A stretch of DNA of 64,000 bases, taken from assembly GCA_030390025.1 (NCBI GenBank), contig CM059432.1:121274001-121338000 (forward strand), read 5' to 3'. Positions within the stretch are counted from its first letter, which is position 1. Each line of letters begins with the position of its first letter. The position numbers and the translations under genes are program-made. Origin of the DNA: Squalus acanthias. Taxonomy: Eukaryota. Below, piece by piece: positions 1-12,235 of the stretch. The notes below the pieces were generated by a model. It was given only the letters and a program-made list of their open reading frames with translations, made no database searches and had not been told where the DNA came from.

Positions 1-44
1 ACAAAAAGTGTGGATAAAAAATATATCTATGATAGGGGCCGGGG

Positions 45-1450
45 TTATGAACTGAAATTGTTGAACTCTATGTTGAGTCCAGAAGGCTGCAAAGTGCCTA
101 ATCGAAAGATGAGATGCTGTTCCTCGAGGTTACGCTGAGCTTCCGTGGAACAATGCAAGAGGCTGAGGACGGTGAGGTCAGAGTGGGAGTGGAGCGGAGA
201 ATTAAAGCGACAGGCGACCGGAAGCTCGGGGTCCCCCTTACGGACAGAACAGAGGTGTTCTGCAAAGCAGTCACCCAATCTGTGTTTGGTCTCCCCAATG
301 TAGAGGAGACCACATCATGAGCAGCGAATACAGTATACTAAATTGCAAGAAGTACAAGTAAATTGCTGTTTCACCTGAAAGGGGTGTTTGGGGCCCTGGA
401 CAGTGTGAAGGGGGGAGGTAAAAGGGCATGTGTTGCATCTGCTGCGCTTGCACGGGAAGGTGCCGGGCGAAGGGGAAGGGGTGTTGGGGCTAATAGAGGA
501 GTGGACCAGGGTGTCGCGGAGGGAGCGGTCCCTTCAGAATGCTGAAAGGGGAGGAGAGGGGAAGATGCGTTTGGTGGTGGGATCATGCTGGAGTTGGCGG
601 AAATGGCAGAGGATGATCCGTTGAATGTGGAGGCTGGTGGGGTGAAAGGTGAGGACAAGGGGAACTCCATTGTGGTTCCGGGAGGGAGGGGCAGGGGTGA
701 GGGCAGAAGTGCGGGAGATAGAACGGACAAGGTCAAGGGCTGTGTCAACCACAGTAGAGGGGAATCCTCGGTTGAGGAAAAAGGAAGACATGTCGGAAGC
801 ACTGGTATGGAAGGTGACATCGTCAGAGCAGATGCGGCGGAGATGGAGAAACTGGGAGAATGGAATAGAGTCCTTACAGGAGGCGGGGTGGGAGGAAGTG
901 TAGTCCAGGTAGCTGTGGGAGTCAGTGGGCTTGTAGTGAATGTTTTTCAATAACCTATCCCCAGAGATGGAGACGGAGAAGTCGAGGAAGGGAAGGGAAG
1001 AGTCGGAGATGGACCATGTGAAGGTGAGGGAAGGGTGGAAATTGGAAGCAAAGTGAATGAAATTTTCTAATTCAGGGCGAGAGCAGGAAACGGCACTGAT
1101 ACAGTCATCAATGCATCAATGTACCGGAAAAAGAGGTGAGGGAGGGCACCTGAGTAGGACTGGAACAAAGAATGTTCCACATATCCCACGAAAAGGCAAG
1201 CATAGCTCGGACCCATGCGGGTTCCCATAGCAACACCTTTGATTTGGAGGAAGTGAGTGGAGTCAAAGGGGAAGTTGTTGAATGTGAGAACAAGTTCAGC
1301 CAGGCGGAGGAGGGTGGTGGTGGATGGGGACTGGTTGGGCCTCTGTTCAAAGAAGAAGCAGAGCGCCCTCAGGCCATCCTGGTGGGGGTTGGAGGTGTGG
1401 AGGGATTGTACGTCCATAGTGAAAAGGAGGCGGTTGGGGCCAGGAAACTT
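45..1450 (-). mobile_element. Penelope-like retroelement (RT + GIY-YIG endonuclease), 5'-truncated, frameshifted
   Basis: Minus-strand peptides MDVQSLHT...GVAMGTRMGPSYACLF...FRYID (PLE RT), YKPTDSHSYLDYTSSHP (thumb) and LYIGETK...FAEHL...EEQHLIFRLGTLQPSGLN (GIY-YIG). Confidence 0.92.
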
Positions 1451-2452
1451 TGATAAATTAACTAGTTTGAACTGAACCTTATTGGCCCCACGTGGGATTT
1501 TGAGCAGCATTTCAAGCACACTGCTTTCTTCATGCAAAGTTGAGGTTTTCATTTAGAATTATTCTATATGAGCTGAATATAAAAATCAACCAATTTTGCT
1601 TGAAGCACAGTGCACTCCTTTTGCTTTAAGGTTGTAGGTAGGCAAAATGACACTTTCTTCTGCATAACAAAAATGGCTTTTTCGGTAAAAGTGAATGTAG
1701 CTTGGTTAAAATATGCCACAATCCAGAAAGTTCTCTTGTTACATGTACATAAATGGACTGGACTGTTTCGAAGAAGGGTAAGTGATTGCTTGTCATTCTG
1801 ATTCACTCAGAAACCAACTTTTTCACTTCCTCTGGCACATTTTAAGCAAAATTGCAGTACCCTGATTGGAGTTCTCTCTGCTACTAGTAGATACAGAAAT
1901 GAACAGACCTGTCATGGAATGTACTGCACTTGCCGGTTTAGAAGTGCGTTTGATTCAAAAAGAAGCCTGTTTCACATGAAAGATTTGATGTAACCAGAGA
2001 ACAATAGTCATTATTAGTTGAATCAGACTGCCTACCAACATACCACAGTCCATGCTGGATCTTGTTGCACATTCAGTACACATCCCACACTGAACTCAGT
2101 CATTACATCTCGACCTCCAATACACTTGGGTATACACCGCTTCTAACTCGTACACGAATGCGCACTACCTTTCAACAAGAAAGTCAGCATTTCTGTAGCA
2201 GCTAATAGCCATCTCTGAGGTATTGACACTGTCATTGATTATGACAGATGCATTTTTACATCAAAGCTCCACCAGCAACAAGTCCCATCATCTCCAAAAC
2301 TCGCATCTTTGCTGCTTGCATGTGCATCAAATGATGCTGCTTCAACAGTGGAAGAACAGCTATGCTTTGCTTCCAAGCTGTGTTGAAGGGCAAGCTGTGT
2401 ATTCTAATGTGAATACAACACACGATTCTTCTTTGTTATGTGCGCAGTTAAT

Positions 2453-3218
2453 GGCCCAGAAATTCGCCTCTCCGGCTTGCCGCGGGGGTAAGGATCGCGC
2501 GCGCTCTTACCTACCGCGCCTGCCATTGTGTTTTGGGCCCACGGGAACTTCGGGTCCTGGGCCTCTCCCAACTGCCGGCGCGCAGTGCTAGCGTGTTCCA
2601 GGGGCGCAGTTAGTGCGATGCGTCCCCTGGGATCACGTGGGCCATGGAGAGCCAATGGCAGCAGACCATCTTTCATTCATAGATTTGACAGGAGACCTGT
2701 CAAATCCGTGAATTGAAATCGGCCCCAAAAGAACAGCTAAACTTAAAATAATTTTTTTTTAAAACCATCACATTTATAAAATAACTATAGTTAAATAAAT
2801 TAACCACTTTAAACAAAAATTTAAATTTTTGAAAAAATTAAAATACTTTTTAAAAGTTATAAAAATAAACTTACCTTTCTTTAAAGTATCTAAAAAAGAT
2901 AAACCTGTTGAAATTTTTTTTTTTAATTATACTTAATTAACCACTTACCTTGTTCAAAACGTGTCTTGCGCCTCCTTTTCATTAGCGTAGTTTCTTCAAT
3001 ACTTACCCTCGCGTAGAAACCTGAAAAAAAATCTAAGTGTGCTGCGTGCGCGCAGCCTCTAGCATGCACGTGGTTCACCTAGGAACCACCCCCTTCACCA
3101 GACCGGAAGAACCGGTTTCCCACGCATGCGCAGTGCATGCAGGAAACCGGCACTTCGGGAAGCAATACGGGTGAGTACAGAACGCGTACTCACCCGGGAA
3201 GGGCCGAATTTTTGGGCC
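2453..3218. mobile_element. Non-autonomous PIF/Harbinger-type MITE (family A)
   Basis: TIRs GGCCCAGAAATTCG / CGAATTTTTGGGCC, 3-bp TSD AAT on both sides, GC-rich palindromic arms around an AT-rich core. Homologous to 14558-15284. Confidence 0.85.
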
Positions 3219-4229
3219 AATATCTGAAGGGCCAGAATGCAAATTGCGATAACACAGCGATGTCAGTCAGGGGAGACCATAAGAATTGACGGTGTGGGAA
3301 TTGCAGGCATCACACCGGGGCAATAAAAGTGCAGTTCTGAATCAGGGATCCAGACGCATTATCAGGGCAGTACACAAAAAATCTGATCTAGCCCGTACCA
3401 TGCCTGAATAACCTAAAAATATTTGAAACTGAAGTTGGGTCTAAGATGTCAAAACACTGTGATGTTATTCTTCACTTTGAACAAAAGTAAGTAAATGAGC
3501 CACTGCCCTATGGTTGGAGAAGCTCCAAATATGAAGAAGAAAAATATGTATTGTGTATCTAGTGAATACTGGGGCAGCAAGGGAAGAAACCGCACGTCAA
3601 TCCAAAGGATCAGAATAAGTCTATCATGGAATCTATCCAACCTATTTTATCTCTTGAGTTAAAGTTCTTTGGAGCCTTTCCCTGTCCCAATGATAAATCC
3701 AGCAAACAAATTACCTATATAATTGAAAATCTCATCATATTTATCATAACGTAACTATATCTATCAATCTACAATATATTGAACGTTTTGTGTATGGCAC
3801 ACACTTTTTGTAAGTGCAACACTTACTTCCATATCACTTTCTTCTCACACTTTTTTCCATCATGCGTGTTTGTCATGCTTAAGCTTACCTATTTATTATA
3901 CTTATTGAATCCTCCCAGTTCTATCTCCAAGGTAGGTGGTGGTCCACTCCAGACGCTACCTGGCTAAGGCTTGTCGAAATTGAGCCACATGCTCACTGCT
4001 CCTCCCTGCCATGTCTCCTCATTCCTTCCTGGCATCTCTCCTGCTTCTATGCCTCTGTGTGCCGGTAACCTTTCCCCCCTCCCTGGTCTCTGCTCCTGAA
4101 CGGACAGCTCGTCTATCGCTGGCTTCTCCCTCCTCTCCTCTCTTATTATCAGTCACTCATCCATTTCAACTTCTGGCTATGACTGCAATGATTAGCCTTT
4201 CACCTGATCACTGGTTCCCTAGGCACTGA

Positions 4230-4998
4230 CTCCATCCCTCTCCCTAACATCTGTCTCAGGCTGAACCACACTGCTCGCAAACTTGGTGTCATATTTGACC
4301 CTGAAATGAGCTTCTGACCACATATACGCGGCATAACTAAGACCACCTATTTCCACCTCTGTAACATTGCCCGTCTCCGCCCTTGCCTCAGCTCATCCGC
4401 TGCTGAAACCCTCATCCATGCCTTTGTTACCTCTAGACTTGACTATTCCAATGCACTCCTGACTGGCCTCCCACATTCTACCATATGTAAATTTGAGGTC
4501 ATTCAAAACTCGGCTGCCTGTGTCCTAATGTGCACCAAGTCCCATTAATCCATCACCCCTGTGCTCGCTGACCTACATTGGCTCCCGGTTAAGCAACGCC
4601 TCGATTTCAAAATTCTGATCCTTGCTTTCAAATCCCTCCATGGCCTCACTCCTCCCAATCTCTATAATCTCCTTCAGCCCCACAACCTCCCGAGATATCT
4701 GTGCTCCTCTAATTCTGTCCTCTTGAGCATCCCTGATTATAATCGCTCAACCATTGGTGGCCGTGCCTTCTGTTGCCCAGGTCCTAAGCTCTGGAATTCC
4801 CTGCCTAAACCTCTCTGCCTCTCTACCTCTCTTTCCTCCTTAAAACCTACCTCTTTGCCCAAGCTTTTGGCCACCTGCTCTAATTTCTCCTTATGTGACT
4901 CGGTGTCAATTTGTTTGTCTTATAATACTCTTGTGAAGAGCCTTGGGACGTTTTATTACATTAAAGACACTATATAAGTACAAGTTGTTGTTGTTGTT
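4230..4998 (+). mobile_element. L2 LINE 3' end
   Basis: Peptide LADLHWLPVKQRLDFKIL...GGRAF...WNSLP; 3' end CACTATATAAGTACAAG followed by (TTG)n tail. Confidence 0.9.
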
Positions 4999-5099
4999 AT
5001 CTGATTCCCTGGCACAGTGCAATGATTGGGCTTCGAGCCTGACCTGACCTCCCGGAATACCACAGAAACAGTCATTTAGCCAGTCTCCCAGCGCATTTA

Positions 5100-5340
5100 A
5101 AAAAACAATTCTCAGGATGTGGGCACCACAGGCAAGGCCAGCATTTATTGCCTATCCCTAGTTGCCCTTGAGAAGGTGGTGGTGCGTCGCCTTCTTGAAC
5201 CACTGCAGTCGGTGTGGTGAAGGTATTCCCACAATGCTGTTAGTTAAGAAGTTCTAGGATTTTGACCCAGCGACGATGAAGGAACAGGGATTTATGTCCA
5301 AGTCTGGATGGTGTGTGACTTGGAGAGGAACCTGGATGAA
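5100..5340 (-). mobile_element. 3' end of the APE-RT LINE family seen at 36255-39235
   Basis: Reverse complement matches the 3' end of the 36255-39235 element (GGGCAATAAATGCTGGCCTTG...CCCACATCC). Confidence 0.8.
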
Positions 5341-6947
5341 TACCAGCTGCTTTAAAGCATTTATATTGTATTTGCCACCTGGTAGCACCCCAACCCTTCC
5401 ATTCACAGCCAGACTCTCAAAGCACCACTCCCAGTACTCCCACAACTTGAAACCCCTTTCCTAGTACTCGCAGACCCAACATGCTGTTCCCACACCCCAT
5501 AACCACTCACCCACTACTTACAAACCCCTAACCATTCTCCCAACACTAACAGATGTCTGAAACATTACTGCAGTGTTTCCACACCCCTTACAGTTTCCAC
5601 AGACCCAGAAACCTCCATTCCAATAATGGACAGCCTTGGAATTCGATCCCAGCTTGGATGCCCACCTATTGGTAATAAGGAATAGAAAGAAAAACAAACT
5701 GGAATTTTCATCTTGTTTGTGGTCGGTAGCTTGTGCCAGCTGATTAATTGCTGCAGCAAGATGCAAACTCGCTTTGCTAAATGAAAGTATAAGCACTTCT
5801 TGAAAGGTGGGAGATTTAGAAAAATAAATGTTGATGTTACCTTGCTGAAGGGAACAGTTCAGATTGAAAGTGCAAAAACCTTTCTTTTGCTTTAAAGAAA
5901 TGGGGCTGATCAAAGCTGCAGGTGGGAGGTCTTATCCTGGAGTTTCCTTATAAAAAAAAGTCATACAATTCTATAAAAATGTATAACTCATTCCTGTTAT
6001 TTTATAGTCGGTAATATATAATGTGGTAATGGCAAATTTACTTTTGAAGGTGATACAATACCAGTGGTAGAACGGAAAATAAAAATAAATCAATGGATGG
6101 GACATATTATTGTATTCAATATTAGTTTTTAAAAAAGGTAATGGTGAAAATAATGGAACTTAGGATAGATAAATCTTCAGGACCTGATGGTTGCCACCCC
6201 AGGGAATGAAAAGAAGTAGGTGAGGAAATTGTAGAAGCATTAGTTATAATCTTTTAAAACTCTCTTGAATTGTGCCTTTAGACTGGAAAATTGCTAATGT
6301 CACTCCATTATTTAAGAAGGGTGGGAGAGAGAAACCGAGTAACGAGGTAAAATGACAGGCCTGTCATTTTAATGTCAGTTGTGGGGAAGCTACTAGAATC
6401 TGTCATTAAGAATAGTGACTGAGCACTTGAACAAATGTGAGCTGGTCACAGGGAGCCAGCATGGCTTTGTTAAAGGTAAGGCATGCCTAACTAATCGAGT
6501 TGAATTTTTTGAAGAGATCACTAATAAGGTAGACAAGGGATTAATATAGATGTTATCCAAATGGACTTCTAAAATACGTTAAATAAGGTCCCACACAAAA
6601 GATTATTGGCAAAAATGAGAGTGCATGGAATTGGAGGTAGCCTTTTGACTTGGAGTGAAAATTTGTTGGGAGGTAGGAGACAGAGGAAAGGGTTAAATAG
6701 GATTGATAGGATGTGACATGTGGTGTTTCCCTGGGATCTGTTCTGGGGCCTCAACTTTTCACCAGATTTATTAGTGACTTGGATAAAGGAATAGAGAGTT
6801 GTATATCCAAGTTTGGAGATGACACTAAATTAGGAGGGACAGTAAATAATGTAGATGGGAGCAGAAAATTGCAAAGGGACATAGACAGATTACGTGAGCG
6901 GGCAAAACTATGGCAAGTGGAGATTAATGTGAGCAAGTGTGAGGTCA

Positions 6948-9045
6948 TGTAGGGGGTGGTGGTTTGTGTCAGCTTTACCGCTGATTTCTGAGCAGTTCGA
7001 ATCGCTCCCACACCCTTGGTTCTGGACCTTGGACTTATTTGGGGGTTGTGATACAAAGGTGCAGCAGACAACTGAGTTTGATGAAAGAACTTCAATCTTT
7101 ATTAAAAGGTAAGACACAAATAATAACACTCTTAACACTCTAAAGGTGGGGAACACTTCGGTACAAGCGAGGGAAATAACATTAGAAGAATACTTCACCC
7201 CTCCCAATCCCACTTCACTAGCTAGGTTGGACTCTGGAGAACCAGGGATAATGCTCACCAAACGAATCCTTGACAGTTGAGAGTTAGGGTTTAGAGTCTT
7301 TTGAGTAAAAGGTTTCGGAAGGCCCTTGTTGCCGCGAGGTGTCCAATGGTCACTGGAACTGCTGCTCTGGTTTCTTCTTGCGTGTCGGCCTGCTTCTGGA
7401 GCTGTTGGCCTTCTTTGTTGAACTTCTTTCTGTTGAACTCTGCCTCTGTTTAAACTGTCTTCTTCCGAGCTGAAATACTGCCTTCTTGCAGAACTGTAAC
7501 TGTTGTGCTGGAGAACTGGAGAACTCCCTTCATACTGAACTGTCTTCTTTAACTGCCCAACTTGCTTCTCCTGAACTCTGTAACTCCAGCACTCACTTCT
7601 GCTGAAAACAGGCTTTCAAATTGAACTCAAAAACTGCAGAACTGCCTTCTGTTGAACTTGAACTGTTTTTACTGGAGAACTCGAACTTGTAACTGTTATA
7701 ACTGCTGAACTGGCTTCTTGAGAAAACAGCCTTTCAATTTGAGGCCTCGTTAACAGTAACGACTTTACTAGCGTGTTAACTGGTTTTGTAAATGTGTGAA
7801 GTGGTTTCAGGATAGCTCCATCTTGTCGATCTGTTGTTTAATCGGAGTTTGAATTGTCCTCATGTTTTGGGTTTCTTGACTGGGCCTTGGACTTCTATAG
7901 AATATTTGCTTTATGCATGTCTTTAATGGGTTCTGTAATCGGTTTTGATGGGACCTGTTGTTTTGGGTGGGACTGTCTCCTCCTAGGGTCTATTGTCGAA
8001 ATGTTAATGCTTGCTGGGGCTTTGAGTGAGGTCATCTCAGTCCCCCAGACAATGCAATTAACTGCAATACCCAAAACTGCTTTTACACAGGTCGAACCCA
8101 ACTTCCTTCACAGCCTTTTCTCCCTTTACAGGCCCAGACATGTTTTTAAAATGCCAAAACTTGGTTTTTGGTCTTAAATTCCTTGGGGTAAAAATTGAGT
8201 CGCGCCCCATTTGGGGCGCTAACCTCGCCGGGGCGCGACTTTTAGCGCCCCGAAAAAATTAGCGGCCCCGCGCCGGAACTTCAGTGGTTGCGCCCCAAGA
8301 GGGAAGTGGGGCGCCACTGGAAGCACCCCGCATCCCTCTTGGGGCGCTGCGAGGGAATATCCTGGCGCTACGTGCCGCAGCGCCATGCGCTGCGGCACGT
8401 CGCGCCGCGGTATTGCAGGCCTTCCTCCCCTTCTTAAAGGGGAGGGACCCTGCGCAGCGCGAACCGGGGCCCAGCTGGGCCCCCAGGGATCGGGAGTGCC
8501 GGCAAAAGAGCCCGGCACGCAAGAGAAGTGCCGGGCTCTTGGAGCGCAGCCGGCACTTCACGGTGGGGGGACTTCACGGGGGCCGGGGACAGCAACGGGG
8601 GCAGGTGCTGGCAGGCGGCCAGCAACAAAAATGGCCGCCTGCCACCTCCCCTTTAAATATCGCCGCCCCGGCCGCACGTACGCCTCCCTGAACCCGTCGG
8701 ACATAGCGTCTGGCGGTAAATCAGGGGGCGCGACTGAAGATCACGGCCGGGGCGCGAGCGGGGTGCTGTGCACGGCGATGACATCATCACCGGCGGCGCA
8801 GCGCCACAGGGCGCTACCGGCTGCCGCCGCCGCTAACCTCCCGCTGAATTTTTCGGGAGGCGTGGGCGGCGCTGCGCCCGGGCGTTAGCTGCTTTACGCC
8901 CCATTAGCGCCCTCTTAAGGCGCTAATGGGAGGCGCAAGCAGCTGAATTTTTCCCCCCTTATGTTAGGCCCAAATGCACTCTGAGGTAGTTCTAAAGTCC
9001 GTTTTCCTTAGGTTTTGGGGATCTGTAAATTTTGGAAACCTTACA
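6948..9045 (-). mobile_element. Solo LTR (~1.3 kb excluding the nested MITE) inserted in CR1
   Basis: Termini TGTAGGG...CCTTACA flanked by 4-bp TSD GTCA (6944-6947, 9046-9049). CR1 sequence resumes after it. Minus-strand AATAAA near 7100. Confidence 0.8.
8185..8957. mobile_element. GC-rich Harbinger-type MITE nested in the solo LTR
   Basis: TIRs GGGGTAAAAATT / AATTTTTCCCCC, TSD CTT. Right end closely matches the right end of 46269-47161. Confidence 0.88.
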
Positions 9046-10644
9046 GTCATCCACTAAGAACAATATAAGTATTTTCTAAATGGTGAGAAACTAGGAACTG
9101 AAGAGGAGTAAAGCGATTTGGGAGTCCAAGTACAGAAATCATATAAAGCTAGTAGACAGGTACATAAAGCAATCAGAAAGGCTAATGGGATGATGGCCTT
9201 TATCTCAAGGAGGCTGGATTACAAAGGGGAGGAAGTTATGCTTCAGTTGTATAGAGCCTTGGTCACACCCTATCTGGAGTACTGCATTCAGCTTTGGGCA
9301 CCACACCTCAGGAAGGATATATTGGCCTTGGAAGGAGTGCAGCGTAGATTGACCAGAATGATACAGTAGCTTAGAGGTTTCAATTATGAAGACTTGTTGC
9401 ATAAACCTAGCTTGTATTCCCTTGAGTATAGAAGTTTGGGGGATGATCTGATCGAGGTGGTTAAAATGTTCAAAGGATTCCATAGGGTAGATGCAGAGAA
9501 TCTATTTCCCCTAGTGAAGGAATCCAGAACGAGTGGACATAATCTTAAAATTAGAGCCAGGCCATTTAGGAGGGAAATCAGGAAGCACTTTTTCACACGA
9601 AGGATAATAGAATTCTGGAATTCTCTCCCCAAGAGGTTGAGGATGCTGGGATAATTGGAGCTTTCAACACTGAGATCGATAGATTTTTGTTAGGTAAGGG
9701 TAACAAGGAATATGGAGCTGAGGCGGGTGAATGGAGTTGAGGTACAGATCAGCCATGATCTAATTGAATGGCAGAGCAGGCTCGAGGGGCTGAATGGCCT
9801 ACTCCTGTTCCGATGTTCCTCTGTCCTATGTTCCTATGTTCCATTCTGTAATAGAAGCCAGTTCCCTTGCTGCACTATCTGCCTCATTTATAATGCAGGA
9901 GGCACACTTGACGTCAGAGGCAATGCTGTAAAGTAAATAATGGGGTGGTCTTCCAACTGACGTGGAAACATAAAGTAAAGCACGTCTGGCTGCACATTTT
10001 GAGCATAAAAAATCTACTGACACCACAGTGTAAATTTCTATTTGATGTGAACTTTCAGCTGATTCGCAGCAAATTCCCAAATGCAATTGAGTTTGCTTCA
10101 GTGCTAGTTTGGTGTAAGAAGTCCCACCTCCTGCAGTTGGTTTCAAGCCAGGCTGTGAACCAGTGTGCAAACAGTTTGATTCAAATGCCTGATCATTTTC
10201 CGCCTCAAGGAAAACCACAGCACATTTTGTTGTGATTTTGTTTGATGCATGACTGTGGTCTGGGGTAGAGCTGTGTATAAATGCTGAGAAATCACATTCA
10301 GTTCTGATCAACTTGATAGAAACTGAAAGCAATCTCCCAGTGCACATATGTGTAACTCTCACAGGTCGTCTCTTATCTGTTCCAATCACCACCCTCCACA
10401 GTCATCTTTTTTAACACTACTGTTCTCCTATTGAAAACCATGCAGGAATTCTTCCTTTGTTACCAGAGCAAAGCTTCGCCTGCAGAACAAGTCAGGTACA
10501 TGGGCAGGGTGTCAAATAGCCAGCGAAGGTGGAAGATGCCAGGGAGAGACATTGTTTGCATTATCTAATGACAGCATAGCGAAATATATACAGATGAGTT
10601 GCATTAATCTGAATGAATTTGAAAGGCAAAGCTTGATACACTTA

Positions 10645-10908
10645 GGGCTGGATTTTGTCTTGGGGTCGGGTTGGGGTCGTGTAATCCGCATTTTGCGTTT
10701 CCCCCCCGACTCCAGATTAATGTGGATGCCTGATGCAATTTTCACTTAATTGGGCAATTGAGTTGGAGCATGTGGGAACCCATGAACTAATTAGTGTTTT
10801 CAGTCTGAAAGTCGCCTCTGATGATGTCATCATTGCTGACTGCCTAGTCCTAGTCTCAGAGACTGTTGGAGAGAGAGGACCTGCCTGGCTTTTGATGTGA
10901 GGAAGGAC

Positions 10909-10948
<40 letters not shown>

Positions 10949-11393
10949 TTTTTTTTTTGCCAAGCAAGTCCTCCCAGGCTGTCTCTGAAGACATTCAATG
11001 CAGCAGCATCAGAGGCGACGTTCTGACCTAATACTAATACTACCCATCTCCGTTGTAATAGTGGACCTGCAGCCGATAGTCAGCTATCCACTTGTGCTCC
11101 CACCAGGTTTCACTGGAGTGTTTCACACCAGGCGTGCTTCACGTCAGAAGAGGGTTAAACTAGCTACAGCGTTTCAAAATGGCATTACAGAGCCAATTTA
11201 GAGCTTGTTAAGAGCTTTAATGGCCTCTCCCGCCTCTTGAAGGCGGGACGGAGTCGGGAACCCCGCGACTGATTATGTCAAAATTGCGTGGAGGTGGGAT
11301 AGAGTTGGGATGGGGTCGGAAACCCCGACCCCGCAAATTTAACCCCCCACACGCCTCCAAACCCGACTCCATGGGTCATTCAAAATCCAGCCC
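10645..11393. mobile_element. Harbinger-type MITE with internal (GA)n microsatellite
   Basis: Perfect 13-bp TIR GGGCTGGATTTTG / CAAAATCCAGCCC, flanks TTA/ATA, (GA)n at about 10908-10947. Confidence 0.8.
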
Positions 11394-11477
11394 ATAGGGT
11401 TCGGAATGTTACAGTATCAACTTGTTATGGTGCTGTGTAATTGTATTTCAAGATCTACTGTATATTAACCGTCACTG

Positions 11478-11856
11478 AGGTAGATCCTGGCTGTGTGCGA
11501 TAGCGTAAAATGGGTGAAAGCCCGTTTTATATCTCTCCCACAATAAAAGTCAGGGAGATGTAAAATGGGCTGCCGACTTGTATCGTCTGTTTTACACTAT
11601 GTGTATAACACTGTGTGTAAAGCAGAGCTCATGTGCAATGCCGACCGCATTCTCATGTGTTCGACAAAAGTTGTTGAGTAACACGGGGCAATTTTCATTT
11701 ACATCACTGTGAATCGCCCGTCTGTTTTAGAACCGTCCAATTTTAATTTCCATTGCTATCAATGGGAATGGAAATGAAAATGGGGTTGGCTGTATAGCAG
11801 GCAGGCAATCCGCTCTGCCAGTTTACCACCCAAATGAGGAAGATGAATATTAGCCC
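11478..11856. repeat. Two short degenerate palindromic MITE-like elements (~11478-11605 and ~11685-11856)
   Basis: Internal inverted motifs GTAAAATGGG / CCGTTTTA and TTCCATTG / CAATGGGAA; termini GGGGCAATTTTCAT / ATGAATATTAGCCC. Confidence 0.5.
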
Positions 11857-12235
11857 AATACTGTCAATCCAATACCTGCAGGCTAAACTGAAGAGACAGA
11901 TTTATTTACAAGTAAGATAGTACACAGAAGCAGTAGACAGAGCAAAGAAATAATGGTTCAATATGTCAAACAATAAAGCTAGAATCAACTCACAAGAGGT
12001 TAACGGATCCCCTTTAGTATTTACTAATATAGTTCAATAATTTCTGAAACAGTCGTTCATAAACTTTCCAATTCAATGTCATATGTGAGTAACAGCACTC
12101 TTATATGAACCTCTTGACTTTAACTTGAGGTTGACTAAAGTTGAATAGCTAGGACAGTATTTTTATGCCAAAAGAAGTCATTTACAGGTGTTACAGATGT
12201 GAATATTGAGACATCAAGAAGTAGATGTTCACTGC

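Larger units (their letters stand above)
6150..9842 (+). mobile_element. CR1 LINE (RT and 3' end), interrupted by a solo LTR
   Basis: GSVLGPQLF...SKFGDDTKLGG...KCEV, then YRALVTPYLEYCIQLWAPHL; tail (TCCTATGT)n at about 9825-9842. Confidence 0.9.

Noticed and set aside
5833..5889. Possible minus-strand micro-exon (TTTAAAG|CAAAAG...CAGCAAG|GTAAC)
   Set aside because: Splice signals are plausible, but the peptide is unrecognisable and I found no partner exons.
8219..8888. CpG island or host promoter with overlapping ORFs
   Set aside because: Lies entirely inside a TIR- and TSD-bounded MITE.
9826..10392. 188-aa minus-strand ORF in non-repeat DNA
   Set aside because: Non-ATG start, no recognisable domain, and it ends in a CR1 tail.
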